Shown piece by piece: positions 1 to 8,421 of a stretch of 37,127 nucleotides of DNA. The stretch lies in IMG/VR virus record IMGVR_UViG_2923339551_000001. One strand, 5' to 3'. The DNA is from a virus. Its lineage: Duplodnaviria; Heunggongvirae; Uroviricota; Caudoviricetes. The notes below the pieces were generated by a model. It saw only the letters and a list, made by a program, of their open reading frames with translations, ran no database searches and had not been told where the DNA came from. The position numbers and the translations under genes are program-made. The stretch's first letter is position 1. Each line of letters starts with the position of its first letter.

Positions 1-996
1 TTAACGAACCAGCCAGACCAGCATCAGGATAATCGCGACTAACAGTATCCACAGCGCGGGACGCGTTGCCATATTTTGCAACGTGTCCATCATCGGTGGA
101 AAAGGATTAAGCAGCGGTTGCATATCACGCGGATCAATCCCTTTAACCCGCCGTTGATAAAGCTGATTAAGAATATCCTCGGCCTGGGCAGAAGAAAGCG
201 ATGATTGCGCAGAAAGGCCATATTTTTGCTGGATATATGCCGATAACGCCGCCAGTTCACTGGCATCTAAAGGTTGTTTCAGCGCCATCTGTAGTGATTC
301 AAGCGTCGGCGTATTTTGCTGGCTTAGCGTCTGACGCGCCTGCAGCCAGGTCACCAGATGGTTAAACAGTTTCGCTGGAATTAACTCGCCATCTTTCACC
401 CCGGAAAGTTCCAGCATCGATTGCCAGATCTGTTTGCTGGGTTCTCCCGTTGCCGCCGCAAGTTTGGTCACCAGCTGTTTGAGCGCATTGTGCTCCGCCG
501 GTAATAACGGACGGTCGGTCGCCTCGCGCTGCTGCGGTTGCGGAATAACCATCTTCCCTTCCTGCAACAGGGTTAGAATGGTTTTTAATTGCTCCGGTGA
601 GAGCTGATTCAGCGGCGTCTGACCAAAGTTATGACGGATATAATCCGTGACCGCCTGACGATTATTCCCCAGACGTAAATACTCCCCTAATTGCGCTAAA
701 AGCTGGCGGGCAGAATGGCTTTTTTGCGCGGCCAGCAGACGTTGCGCCAGATTGTGCTCAGCGGCAGGGAAGTGACGCGAAAGCAGCGGTGAATCTCCCG
801 ACAGACCAATATCGTGCCTGATACCCGCCCACAGTTCTGCTCTTTGCTGTTGCGTCAGTGAGGTCACTTTCGTCATTAAGCTTTCCAGCGAAGTACGTTG
901 CTGACTGGATAAAGGCTGATTGCCCGCGCCAGACGGCAGGTTATCTCCCTGACCTGGTGGTTGCCCAGGAGGAGGGCCGGAAATAGGTTGTATCAT
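1..996 (-). CDS. flk: Flk-like flagellar regulator, C-terminal membrane anchor (host gene)
   Basis: 331-aa ORF; ATG at 994-996 verified; Pro/Gln-rich N-terminus and hydrophobic C-terminal tail (ALWILLVAIILMLVWLV) match my recollection of enterobacterial Flk. Confidence 0.7.
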   Translation of the reverse strand: MIQPISGPPPGQPPGQGDNLPSGAGNQPLSSQQRTSLESLMTKVTSLTQQQRAELWAGIRHDIGLSGDSPLLSRHFPAAEHNLAQRLLAAQKSHSARQLLAQLGEYLRLGNNRQAVTDYIRHNFGQTPLNQLSPEQLKTILTLLQEGKMVIPQPQQREATDRPLLPAEHNALKQLVTKLAAATGEPSKQIWQSMLELSGVKDGELIPAKLFNHLVTWLQARQTLSQQNTPTLESLQMALKQPLDASELAALSAYIQQKYGLSAQSSLSSAQAEDILNQLYQRRVKGIDPRDMQPLLNPFPPMMDTLQNMATRPALWILLVAIILMLVWLVR

Positions 997-1195
997 TACG
1001 TATCCTTATACCTGAAATCTTCGCAAGTATGCCTGGCCGCGAGATTATGGCACACTTGTCCGGTTAACTCTCGTCTCATACAGGTAACACAAACGTGAAA
1101 ATCCTTGTTGAGGAAAATAATAGTGGTTTAATCTTTTGATATAAAAGGATTTATATCATCGTATGTCCACGCAATGACCACATTTTCGAGTTACA

Positions 1196-1233
1196 GATGA
1201 CAAAACGCCCGTTTTCACGGGCGTTTTGTCATC
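1196..1233. terminator. Perfect 16-bp-stem hairpin downstream of the 1254-2147 gene
   Basis: gatgacaaaacgcccg / ttttca / cgggcgttttgtcatc read directly; no clean U-tract on either side, so function as a terminator is uncertain. Confidence 0.4.
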
Positions 1234-1253
1234 TGATATTGGGGAGGTATATA

Positions 1254-2147
1254 CTATTTCCAGTTACAAGCATCTTGAAGCGGTTTTAGTGCATTTGACA
1301 GGCCGCTTAAATTGAAAGTTGCACTTACAGGGCTTTCATTATAAGGGGTTATTTTTGTGTACATTTTATGTGAGTTGGCAAGTTTTCTTATGAAATCAAT
1401 ATCATTACCTTTATAAAAAACAGCCTTTGTATCTGTAGATATTAGCCAGTTTCTTTCAACTGCTTTCTGTTTATCAAGACGATACAGCATGCTGGTTTGT
1501 TCAAGGCCTAAATATACATCCCAACTAAGAAATACTTCGGTTTTCTTTTCTCGGCAAGCTATAAACAGAGTGGGAGTAACAGCTTCTCCAAATGGAGTTC
1601 TGATATAATCATCACTTTCTAACGATAAAATTATATTTTTCGAATCATCAATTGGCGATGTAGTAATGGACGTGTGCCATTTTCCTGCATCTGTGGCTTT
1701 CTCTAATTGTGATTCAGATTGAACAGCTTCATCCTGTGGGAATAGTTTATCGTAGCAGTTTAGTCTGGCTTCTTTATCATTTTCTGCTCGGCATTTAGAT
1801 ATTTCAGAAAGATTTGGTTGCTGAGCCTTTGTTGTTACTAGCTTTTCCGTTTTAGATTTTGAGTTTACAGATGGAGTAAATGTTGGAGAAAAAAAACGAT
1901 CATAACAAGATAAACGTTTGTCATCATCTTTCTCATCAGGGCATTGATCCCTGCTTTCAAATTTTTCAGCAACTTTCGTTCGAGTCGGTTGTATTGACTT
2001 ATCGTAACAAGAAAGTCTGTCTTTATTGTTTTCTATCGCTCGGCACTGGAGCACTGCATTGAAATTCTTATGTTCAGTTGCTGCATGAACAGGCAGTACA
2101 CTAATTGATATAAATAATGCACCTATAGAAAAAATCATATTTTTCAT
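1254..2147 (-). CDS. Hypothetical secreted protein with three Cys-containing repeats
   Basis: 297-aa ORF, AT-rich; N-terminal signal-peptide-like segment (MKNMIFSIGALFISISVLPVHA); three repeats of C-x8-9-RLxCYD(K/R)xF; family not recognised. Confidence 0.6.
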   Translation of the reverse strand: MKNMIFSIGALFISISVLPVHAATEHKNFNAVLQCRAIENNKDRLSCYDKSIQPTRTKVAEKFESRDQCPDEKDDDKRLSCYDRFFSPTFTPSVNSKSKTEKLVTTKAQQPNLSEISKCRAENDKEARLNCYDKLFPQDEAVQSESQLEKATDAGKWHTSITTSPIDDSKNIILSLESDDYIRTPFGEAVTPTLFIACREKKTEVFLSWDVYLGLEQTSMLYRLDKQKAVERNWLISTDTKAVFYKGNDIDFIRKLANSHKMYTKITPYNESPVSATFNLSGLSNALKPLQDACNWK

Positions 2148-2151
2148 TTTA

Positions 2152-2484
2152 TTATCCCTTTGGTTTAGTAAGAAATACTAAAATTCCGATAATGATATCG
2201 CCAATAACCCATAAGCCTCCAATGACAATTAAACCTAAGCCCGTACCAATAACTGCCCCAGCTTTTTCGGCATCGGATGTGGTATTGTTTATTATTTCAT
2301 CAGCGCCTCCTAGTCCAACTAAAAGTGTATAGATCATAAAAATATTAAAAAATATAAAAGTCCATTTAATGAGTTTTCCAAAAAATGAACGCTTAAGTTT
2401 TTTCAGTTGTTTACCACAAGCAGGGCAACATAATGCTGAATCGCTTACCTCTTTCTGGCATTCAGGACATTTGATTAATGTCAT
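2152..2484 (-). CDS. Hypothetical zinc-ribbon membrane protein
   Basis: 110-aa ORF; N-terminal CPEC-x10-CCPAC zinc-ribbon motif followed by two hydrophobic helices; 4 nt upstream of the secreted-protein gene, likely one operon. Confidence 0.6.
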   Translation of the reverse strand: MTLIKCPECQKEVSDSALCCPACGKQLKKLKRSFFGKLIKWTFIFFNIFMIYTLLVGLGGADEIINNTTSDAEKAGAVIGTGLGLIVIGGLWVIGDIIIGILVFLTKPKG

Positions 2485-2683
2485 GTAATCCGTCTCCTTT
2501 GGAACACTACAAGCTGAAATTTGTTACAAAACATTTTGATTTTATCAGATTTTTTGTTGTTGATAAGTGCCAATTGATTAACTGGTTTAGAGTGATACAT
2601 ATAGAAAGGTAGAGCAGTGTCAGTGTGTGATGAAATACCCACAGTTTCATGGGATTTTTGCATTTAGAGCTGTGAGATAGGGT

Positions 2684-2790
2684 AATGTAGTTCAGTTAAG
2701 GAATTGAGGTTCGATAGCTCGAACCTCGCGCAGAGGCAAGATGACTGAAAGCCTGATTCCTTAATGCACAAAAATGAGTCTCTATTCATA
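2684..2790. repeat. Left terminal inverted repeat of the cassette
   Basis: Reverse-complements to 4056-4166 at roughly 93-95% identity (hand alignment); contains nested internal palindromes ttaaggaat/attccttaa and gaggttcga-tagc-tcgaacctc. Confidence 0.6.
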
Positions 2791-2996
2791 GAAGTGTATT
2801 AACTAATCGACATCGCCTGTTGTGTGGATTGCCCCCATAAACACGGGCTTTCTGCTTGTTTAGTAGTCACAGTATGTCTAAGCTTTCTCGTTAGCTTCTT
2901 CTGAAATGACCTGCACTACAAGCCCGCGCTTCCCATACACCACATGCAGTGCAAACTGACGCATCGGTTTTTCAATCAGCTAACTAAAAGTTTGGC

Positions 2997-3830
2997 TCAC
3001 CAAACGATGCGCCCATCTGATGTATGTCCTTTGGCTTGTTTTACTATACTGAAATCTACTATTCCATATGGATAAATTTTATTTACTTTAAACACAAGAT
3101 TAGCAACTAAATGCATTCTCGATTTAACTGTTTCTGTGCGCAAAGCGATATTTGAGGCCCCTTTTATTTTAGCGCTAGGATAAATGAGACCATCAACATC
3201 AGGGTATTTATCAAGAAGAAGACGGCAAAAAATTCTTGAGTAAATATAATTTACCTCATGGGCATTGATACTATTAAGCAACTCAGCAGAAAGGGCATCC
3301 ATATACAAATATGATAGCAAAGCACGGATGTCGTCCTTACCAATTCTGCTAATGATGCCACGAATTTCATTAAACACTTCAATTGAAATTGTATTTACAC
3401 CGTGATACACATTAAAGACCTCACCGATAGCAAAACATCGCATTCCAGACTCTGAATTTTCCGGCATCTTAAAGTGAGCTATGTGAACATAATCCCCTTC
3501 TTTTGCATTAATTTCGGCTAAAGCTGTTCCGATACTATAAGCGCCATAGAAGATAGCTTGTCCATCATCATTCATTCGGCCTATTTTACATTTTTCTGGT
3601 GGAGGGGGATATATTTCACTGATGTTATTATATCCGCATTCATTTGGGCACTTTCGCGCTCTAAAAATTGGTCTGTCATAACCGAACTTGAAATTAACAC
3701 CGCCATATGATTGAAGATACCATCTAAGTAATCTCTCTACTTTCTCTGGCTTTATAGTAGTTAGTAATTCTTTACGAAACAGATCAAGACTATTTAACTC
3801 AATTACCTTTAGCTTATTATTCATGACCAT
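2997..3830 (-). CDS. RES-domain protein (putative NAD+-targeting toxin), no adjacent antitoxin gene
   Basis: 277-aa ORF, AT-rich; motifs FRAR, GRMNDDGQAIFYGAYSIGTALAEI and GLIYPSAKIKGASNIAL match the Arg/Glu/Ser signature regions of the RES family as I recall them; no Xre-like partner ORF in the cassette. Confidence 0.55.
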   Translation of the reverse strand: MVMNNKLKVIELNSLDLFRKELLTTIKPEKVERLLRWYLQSYGGVNFKFGYDRPIFRARKCPNECGYNNISEIYPPPPEKCKIGRMNDDGQAIFYGAYSIGTALAEINAKEGDYVHIAHFKMPENSESGMRCFAIGEVFNVYHGVNTISIEVFNEIRGIISRIGKDDIRALLSYLYMDALSAELLNSINAHEVNYIYSRIFCRLLLDKYPDVDGLIYPSAKIKGASNIALRTETVKSRMHLVANLVFKVNKIYPYGIVDFSIVKQAKGHTSDGRIVW

Positions 3831-4055
3831 CCCTATAATTTTAGAGTTTCGTTATTCACTTTACACTTCATGCTGACCAGTTACCGCCACTGAGTCTACT
3901 GCACAGGCTAACAATTTATGGTTATTTTTCAATGTACAAGTACAAAAAATCAAGGCGTTCTAGAACTAGAAGTCGTCAGTTGACCGCGAAAGGTAAGAGG
4001 CGGCATTCAGACAATGCGGGGGATACACCGCCAATGTCGAGTAGTTAAGCGCTTT

Positions 4056-4166
4056 TATGAATAGAGACTCATCTTGGGCATTAAGGAATCAGGCTTTCGG
4101 TCATCTTGCCTCTGCGCGAGGTTCGGGCTATCGAACCTCAATTCCTTAACTAACTGAACGGCATTG
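4056..4166. repeat. Right terminal inverted repeat of the cassette
   Basis: Reverse complement matches 2684-2790; followed by the 12-bp direct repeat. Confidence 0.6.
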
Positions 4167-4239
4167 GTGAGATAGGGTGCCTTATCGACCTTACCCTGGC
4201 AACCGATTGACGGGGGATTGCTCCCCCGTCGCGGTTTCC

Positions 4240-4380
4240 TTACTGCTTACACTGTAAGAACGCCGCAAACTCCGCTCCCCAGAAGCTCATCCGTATTTCG
4301 CACAGCGAACCGTGCAGCATCCAGATGATGAGGATTGCCGTCACGCAGAACGTGATGGCCGTAAGCGATTTTTGCGACAT
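4240..4380 (-). CDS. hok: Hok/Gef-family type I toxin (small membrane peptide)
   Basis: 46-aa ORF not in the track (under 60 aa); hand translation MSQKSLTAITFCVTAILIIWMLHGSLCEIRMSFWGAEFAAFLQCKQ; SLCEIR and E-x-AAF motifs and the TM segment fit Hok/Gef; AAGGAG Shine-Dalgarno 8 nt upstream. Confidence 0.6.
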   Translation of the reverse strand: MSQKSLTAITFCVTAILIIWMLHGSLCEIRMSFWGAEFAAFLQCKQ

Positions 4381-4570
4381 AGCGCTTGCTCCTTTTTCAG
4401 GGAGGCGCTAACCTATCACTTGCTAAGGTTAGACGGTTAGGGCCTCGGTTAAACAGAAATGTTTTCCGGGGCCTTTCCACATCTGGCCTTCGGGTATTCC
4501 CTCCGACCATCAGCCGAAAGGCACCCGCGCGTAATCTATCGCTTTTTTGTTACTCCGGCAATTCTGCCTG

Positions 4571-4831
4571 TTAATTCTGAGATAAAGGCAAACTCATCTG
4601 ATTGTTTCCCCTGTGTGAAGCTGGCAACTCATGCCACGGGATACCTTCTGAAGAGTGAACGCCGGGGGCGTGTTTCGATGTGAATTTATGGAAAGCTTCC
4701 AGTGTTGAGAAACTTATGCCGCATTCCAGGTTGTTACACTGGTAATATTTTTTCCGTACGGTGTTTGAATCATTTTCCGAACGACTGGTGCGGATACGGG
4801 CAGATGCGCCACAAAGCGGACAACGGAACAT
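4571..4831 (-). CDS. ogr: Ogr/Delta-family zinc-finger late transcription activator
   Basis: 86-aa ORF; CPLC-x19-CNNLEC zinc finger and N-terminal similarity to P2 Ogr; position next to D. Confidence 0.8.
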   Translation of the reverse strand: MFRCPLCGASARIRTSRSENDSNTVRKKYYQCNNLECGISFSTLEAFHKFTSKHAPGVHSSEGIPWHELPASHRGNNQMSLPLSQN

Positions 4832-4873
4832 AGCGACCTCCCTTAACGTGGTGCTGCTGCTATTCTAAGTTGC

Positions 4874-5983
4874 TCACTCTGTTTCTGCTATCCATTCCGG
4901 GATTTTTGCTTCAAGCTCAAGCTGCGTGGTAAAGCCACTGTTATCAATGGTGTGCTCGGCTTTCGCAATAATCCAGTCCTGATTATCAATCTCGCTTTTA
5001 AATCCTGTTACCGTGCCATGCATTTCGGGGTAGAGTTCTGCGCGTCCACGAGCCAGTGTGATGGAGAATGATGCGGCTCCGCGTTGTAGCTGCTGCCACT
5101 TTGCCGCCGCTGCGCGTCTTGCTGCCAGCTCGTTCTGATAAGTCTTGCGTAACACAAACACATTGCCATCCGCGCCTTCCATATAGTCACCTTCACGGCT
5201 GCTGCTTTTCTCCTTTTTGGGTTTTGGCGGTTTACGGCGTTTCACGCTGACTTTTTTCTTTTTCCCGTAATTAAGATCAAGCCAGTAGGCGCGTACCCCC
5301 GTATACGCCTCGCGGTCAGCAATACGGAATTGATGGCGATCGCCGCTGCTGCGTGTAATGGCGAACGAGGGCAACGGCTGGCCCTGTGCGTTCACGCCAC
5401 CACCTGGCATGATGAATAACAGATTACCGCTTTTTACCGTGGTGATTGCGCCCAGCATTTCCGCCATGCGCGTAAGGAAAGACATGTCGCTTTCTTCGGT
5501 CTGGTCGGCGTGGTCGATTTCGATATCCATCAGCATTTCGCTGATTTGCGGTTTCAGGCCGTACCGATGAGCGATGGCGGATACCACGCGCTCAACGGTC
5601 ACATCATGCCAGGATACTTCACGTTTAACGTTAAATTCATCCCGAAAATCTGCGCTTCTGGCTGAAACAGTCAGCCTGTCCGGCGGTCCTTCGTGAGCGA
5701 TTTCATCAACAATGTAAGTGCCTTTTTCTGTCAGCGGTTCTCCTTTCCAGCCAATGAGAACCGTCAGGCGCGCGCCCCGTGGCGGTAGCTGCAACTGACC
5801 ATCCGCATCATCCAGCGTGATGGTGAGCTGGTCCGCTTCAAATCCCCGGTTGTCGGTCAGTGACAGGTTCATCAGGCGCTCTGCCACGCCGGACAGCGTT
5901 TTACCCTCCGCGAAAATATCCAAATCCGGCATTTTCACGGGGTCTGTGCCCTGACTGAGCAATTGCATGGTGGTATCGGTCAT
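4874..5983 (-). CDS. D: Tail protein D (late control gene D family)
   Basis: Track ORF 4874-6115; I place the start at the internal ATG at 5983 (MTDTTMQLLSQG) because of a GGGAGGG Shine-Dalgarno 6 nt upstream; gpD-like sequence throughout. Confidence 0.8.
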   Translation of the reverse strand: MTDTTMQLLSQGTDPVKMPDLDIFAEGKTLSGVAERLMNLSLTDNRGFEADQLTITLDDADGQLQLPPRGARLTVLIGWKGEPLTEKGTYIVDEIAHEGPPDRLTVSARSADFRDEFNVKREVSWHDVTVERVVSAIAHRYGLKPQISEMLMDIEIDHADQTEESDMSFLTRMAEMLGAITTVKSGNLLFIMPGGGVNAQGQPLPSFAITRSSGDRHQFRIADREAYTGVRAYWLDLNYGKKKKVSVKRRKPPKPKKEKSSSREGDYMEGADGNVFVLRKTYQNELAARRAAAAKWQQLQRGAASFSITLARGRAELYPEMHGTVTGFKSEIDNQDWIIAKAEHTIDNSGFTTQLELEAKIPEWIAETE

Positions 5984-6140
5984 CTGTTCCCTCCCTGTGC
6001 GGCATGGTCGCATGTGCGTGCGGAAGGGGTTACTGCTTTTTGTTGTCGCCGAATCGGGAGAACGGCGCAGGGGTGAGATTACGCGCGTGGTGGGTGATGA
6101 TTGTTGCCGAATCATTTAACGGATACAAGGGGCTGAAGCT
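5984..6140. promoter_or_regulatory. Divergent intergenic region between D and FI (putative late promoters)
   Basis: 157 bp between divergent starts; contains direct repeats TTGT(C/T)GCCGAATC at about 6042 and 6098; no clean TGT-N12-ACA late-promoter motif identified by eye. Confidence 0.3.
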
Positions 6141-7325
6141 ATGAGTGAAACTCGTTTTCATGGTGCCCGTGTTACGGAAAATACCGACCTGGTAACAGCG
6201 ATTAACGATGTTGATTCCAGCGTTATCGGTATCGTGGCAACGGCGGATGATGCGGACGCGAAGCTGTTCCCGCTGAACAAGCCCACACTGCTGACCCGCG
6301 TCAATGACGTGCTGGGAAAATGCGGAACAACGGGGACGCTTTATCGTGCGCTTAAGGCCATCGCAGACCAGGTGAGCACAAAGGTGATCGTCGTTCGCGT
6401 GGCTGAACACAAAGAAGAAGACGGAAAGACGCAGGATCAACTGGTTATCGGTGGTTCTGAGGATGACGGCAGCTATACGGGGATGTATGCGCTGCTTGTT
6501 GCAGAGCAGGATGAAAGCATCGGATACCGTCCGCGTATTCTGGCCGCGCCGGAGCTGGACACGGAGGCGGTAACGAAATCCCTGTGCGTGATTGCAGGTA
6601 AACTGCGCGCGTTTGTGTATGCCTCATGTCACGGCTGTAACACGATGGCTGAGGCGATTACCTACCGCCAGAAATTCAACGAACGTGAGGTGATGCTCTT
6701 ATGGCCGGACTTCATCGCCTACAACCCGAAAAGTGGCAAAAACGAAACGTTCCCCGCGCCTGCCTATGCGTGCGGCCTTCGTGCGTACATTGACCATGAA
6801 CAGGGATGGCACAAATCACTGTCCAACGTTCCGGTTAAAAATGTGCTGGGGATGTCGAGGCATGTGTTCTGGTCGTTGCAGGCCGAAGACAGCGATGCCA
6901 ACAGCCTCAACAACAAAGAAATCACGACCATTATTCGTCGTAACGGGTTCCGCTTCTGGGGTAACCGCACACCGGAAACGAACGCCTACATCTTTGAGGT
7001 GTATACCCGAACCGCACAGGTGCTGGCTGATTCAATTGCGGAAGCGCAGTTTGAAACCATCGACAGTCCACTGACGCCTGCGAACGTGAAGGATGTTATC
7101 AGTGCCATCAGAGCAAAACTGGATTCGCTGGTTACTGCCGGGAAACTGATTGGCGCGGAGTGCTGGTATGACGTGGTGGATAACGGCACCACGGATTTAC
7201 GTCAGGGGCGTGTGCGTATTCGCTACAAATATACGCCCGTTCCCCCGCTGGAAGACATGGAGCTTTACCAGACGTTTACTGATGAATTCTTTGGTCCCGC
7301 ATTTGCGGTGCTGGGAGGTGCCTGA
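6141..7325 (+). CDS. FI: Tail sheath protein FI
   Basis: 394 aa; clear similarity to P2 gpFI (for example ADDADAKLFPLNKP...GTTGTLYRALKAI); ATG at 6141 verified. Confidence 0.9.
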   Translation: MSETRFHGARVTENTDLVTAINDVDSSVIGIVATADDADAKLFPLNKPTLLTRVNDVLGKCGTTGTLYRALKAIADQVSTKVIVVRVAEHKEEDGKTQDQLVIGGSEDDGSYTGMYALLVAEQDESIGYRPRILAAPELDTEAVTKSLCVIAGKLRAFVYASCHGCNTMAEAITYRQKFNEREVMLLWPDFIAYNPKSGKNETFPAPAYACGLRAYIDHEQGWHKSLSNVPVKNVLGMSRHVFWSLQAEDSDANSLNNKEITTIIRRNGFRFWGNRTPETNAYIFEVYTRTAQVLADSIAEAQFETIDSPLTPANVKDVISAIRAKLDSLVTAGKLIGAECWYDVVDNGTTDLRQGRVRIRYKYTPVPPLEDMELYQTFTDEFFGPAFAVLGGA

Positions 7326-7837
7326 TGGCTGTACCAAAACATCTTCGCTTTTTTACGTTGTTTGTGGATGGTGAAAACGAAGTGGGTAAAGTGACATCCG
7401 TCACGCCGCCCAAACTGACGCGCAAAACCGACAGTTATCGTGGTGGTGGCATGATGGGGGCGGTAAGTATTGATCTCGGTCTGGACGACTCTGCGCTTGA
7501 TGCGAGCTTTGTCATGGGTGGAGCTGTTCGTGCACTGTTTCTTAAGTATGGCGGCACGATTGACGGCACGCTGCTGCGTTTTGCGGGTGAATATTACACC
7601 GATGCAGAAAGCGATCTGTATGAAATCGAGATGCGCGGGCGTGTGACGGAAATTGATATGGGGGAGGCCAAACAGGGCGAAGCCACATCACACACATACG
7701 CTGTCAAAAACACCTACTACAAGCTGAGTGTTAACGATCGCCCGCTGTGGGAAATCGACCTGTTGAACCACATCTACCGGAAGGACGGCAAGGATATTGT
7801 GCCCGATCGCATCCGTTCCGCGCTTGGGCTTGGCTGA
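7325..7837 (+). CDS. FII: Tail tube protein FII
   Basis: 170 aa; similarity to P2 gpFII (KLTRK..YRGGGM.GA..IDLGLDD). Confidence 0.9.
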   Translation: MAVPKHLRFFTLFVDGENEVGKVTSVTPPKLTRKTDSYRGGGMMGAVSIDLGLDDSALDASFVMGGAVRALFLKYGGTIDGTLLRFAGEYYTDAESDLYEIEMRGRVTEIDMGEAKQGEATSHTYAVKNTYYKLSVNDRPLWEIDLLNHIYRKDGKDIVPDRIRSALGLG

Positions 7838-7891
7838 TAAGTAATATGCAGGCGACGCAGTGCGTCGCCTCTGACTGAAAGGAGTTTCCTG

Positions 7892-8257
7892 ATGAAAGAG
7901 ACGAAAAACATCGATACCGAAAACACGGTAGTTACTGACACTGTGAAAGAAACCAGTGAGCGTGGCGTAAAACTTACCCAACCCATTGAGCGAGGCGGCG
8001 AAAAAATCACGTATGTGGAGATCACCGGGGCTATTGAGCAGGCTGGATCTCTGCGAGATTTGTCGCTGTCTGATGTGCTGAATCTGAAAGCGGAATCCAT
8101 GTTTACGCTGCTGTCACGCGTGACATCACCGCGACTGGATGAAGTGACGATCAAAAAAATGGCATCCCGTGACTTTATTCAGTTATGTGTGGTTGCCGTA
8201 AATTTTTTGAGCGGTGCGGACTCTGGCGGGAAGAACGAACAGGCGACGGAAGCCTGA
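7892..8257 (+). CDS. E: Tail assembly chaperone E (zero-frame product)
   Basis: 121-aa ORF immediately upstream of the tape-measure gene; contains the TTTTTTG slippery site. Confidence 0.75.
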   Translation: MKETKNIDTENTVVTDTVKETSERGVKLTQPIERGGEKITYVEITGAIEQAGSLRDLSLSDVLNLKAESMFTLLSRVTSPRLDEVTIKKMASRDFIQLCVVAVNFLSGADSGGKNEQATEA

Positions 8258-8421
8258 TCACGGTTGTGTGCTTTGAGCACATAGAAGACTTTGTGGCGGA
8301 TATTGCCGCCATTTTTAACTGGTCGCCCGCCGAAATCTTCATGATGACGCCCGGCGAAGTGGTTAGCTGGCGTGAGCGGGCGGCACTTCGCAGCGGGAAT
8401 GCAGACAATGAAGACTCTTGA
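7892..8421 (+). CDS. E+E': Tail assembly chaperone E+E' (programmed -1 frameshift product)
   Basis: Slippery heptamer T_TTT_TTG at 8203-8209 in the E frame; the -1 frame continues as the track ORF 8185-8421; same arrangement as P2 E/E'. Confidence 0.65.

Larger units (their letters stand above)
2672..4178. mobile_element. IR-bounded non-autonomous cassette (transposon-like) carrying a RES-domain gene
   Basis: ~105-bp near-identical inverted repeats at both ends, flanked immediately by 12-bp direct repeats GTGAGATAGGGT (2672-2683 and 4167-4178); one internal ORF, no transposase. Confidence 0.5.

Noticed and set aside
2481-2663. 60-aa minus-strand ORF upstream of the zinc-ribbon gene
   Set aside because: No Shine-Dalgarno or recognisable features; more likely promoter/leader sequence. 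A small upstream gene cannot be excluded.
2704-2725. tRNA-like palindrome gaggttcga-tagc-tcgaacctc within the inverted-repeat arm
   Set aside because: No acceptor stem, anticodon arm or canonical T-loop (GTTCGAATC); it is part of the IR's nested hairpin.
4386-4683. Plus-strand ORFs (62 and 74 aa) between hok and ogr
   Set aside because: They overlap the expected hok leader/antisense region and the ogr 3' end; composition is not protein-like.
5984-6115. N-terminal extension of gpD to the track's 413-aa start
   Set aside because: The internal ATG at 5983 has a strong Shine-Dalgarno and gives a length close to P2 gpD; the extension is Arg/Ser/Pro-rich.
6030-6440. 136-aa minus-strand ORF overlapping the FI start and the D/FI intergenic region
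   Set aside because: Overlaps the strongly supported FI gene; no recognisable features.
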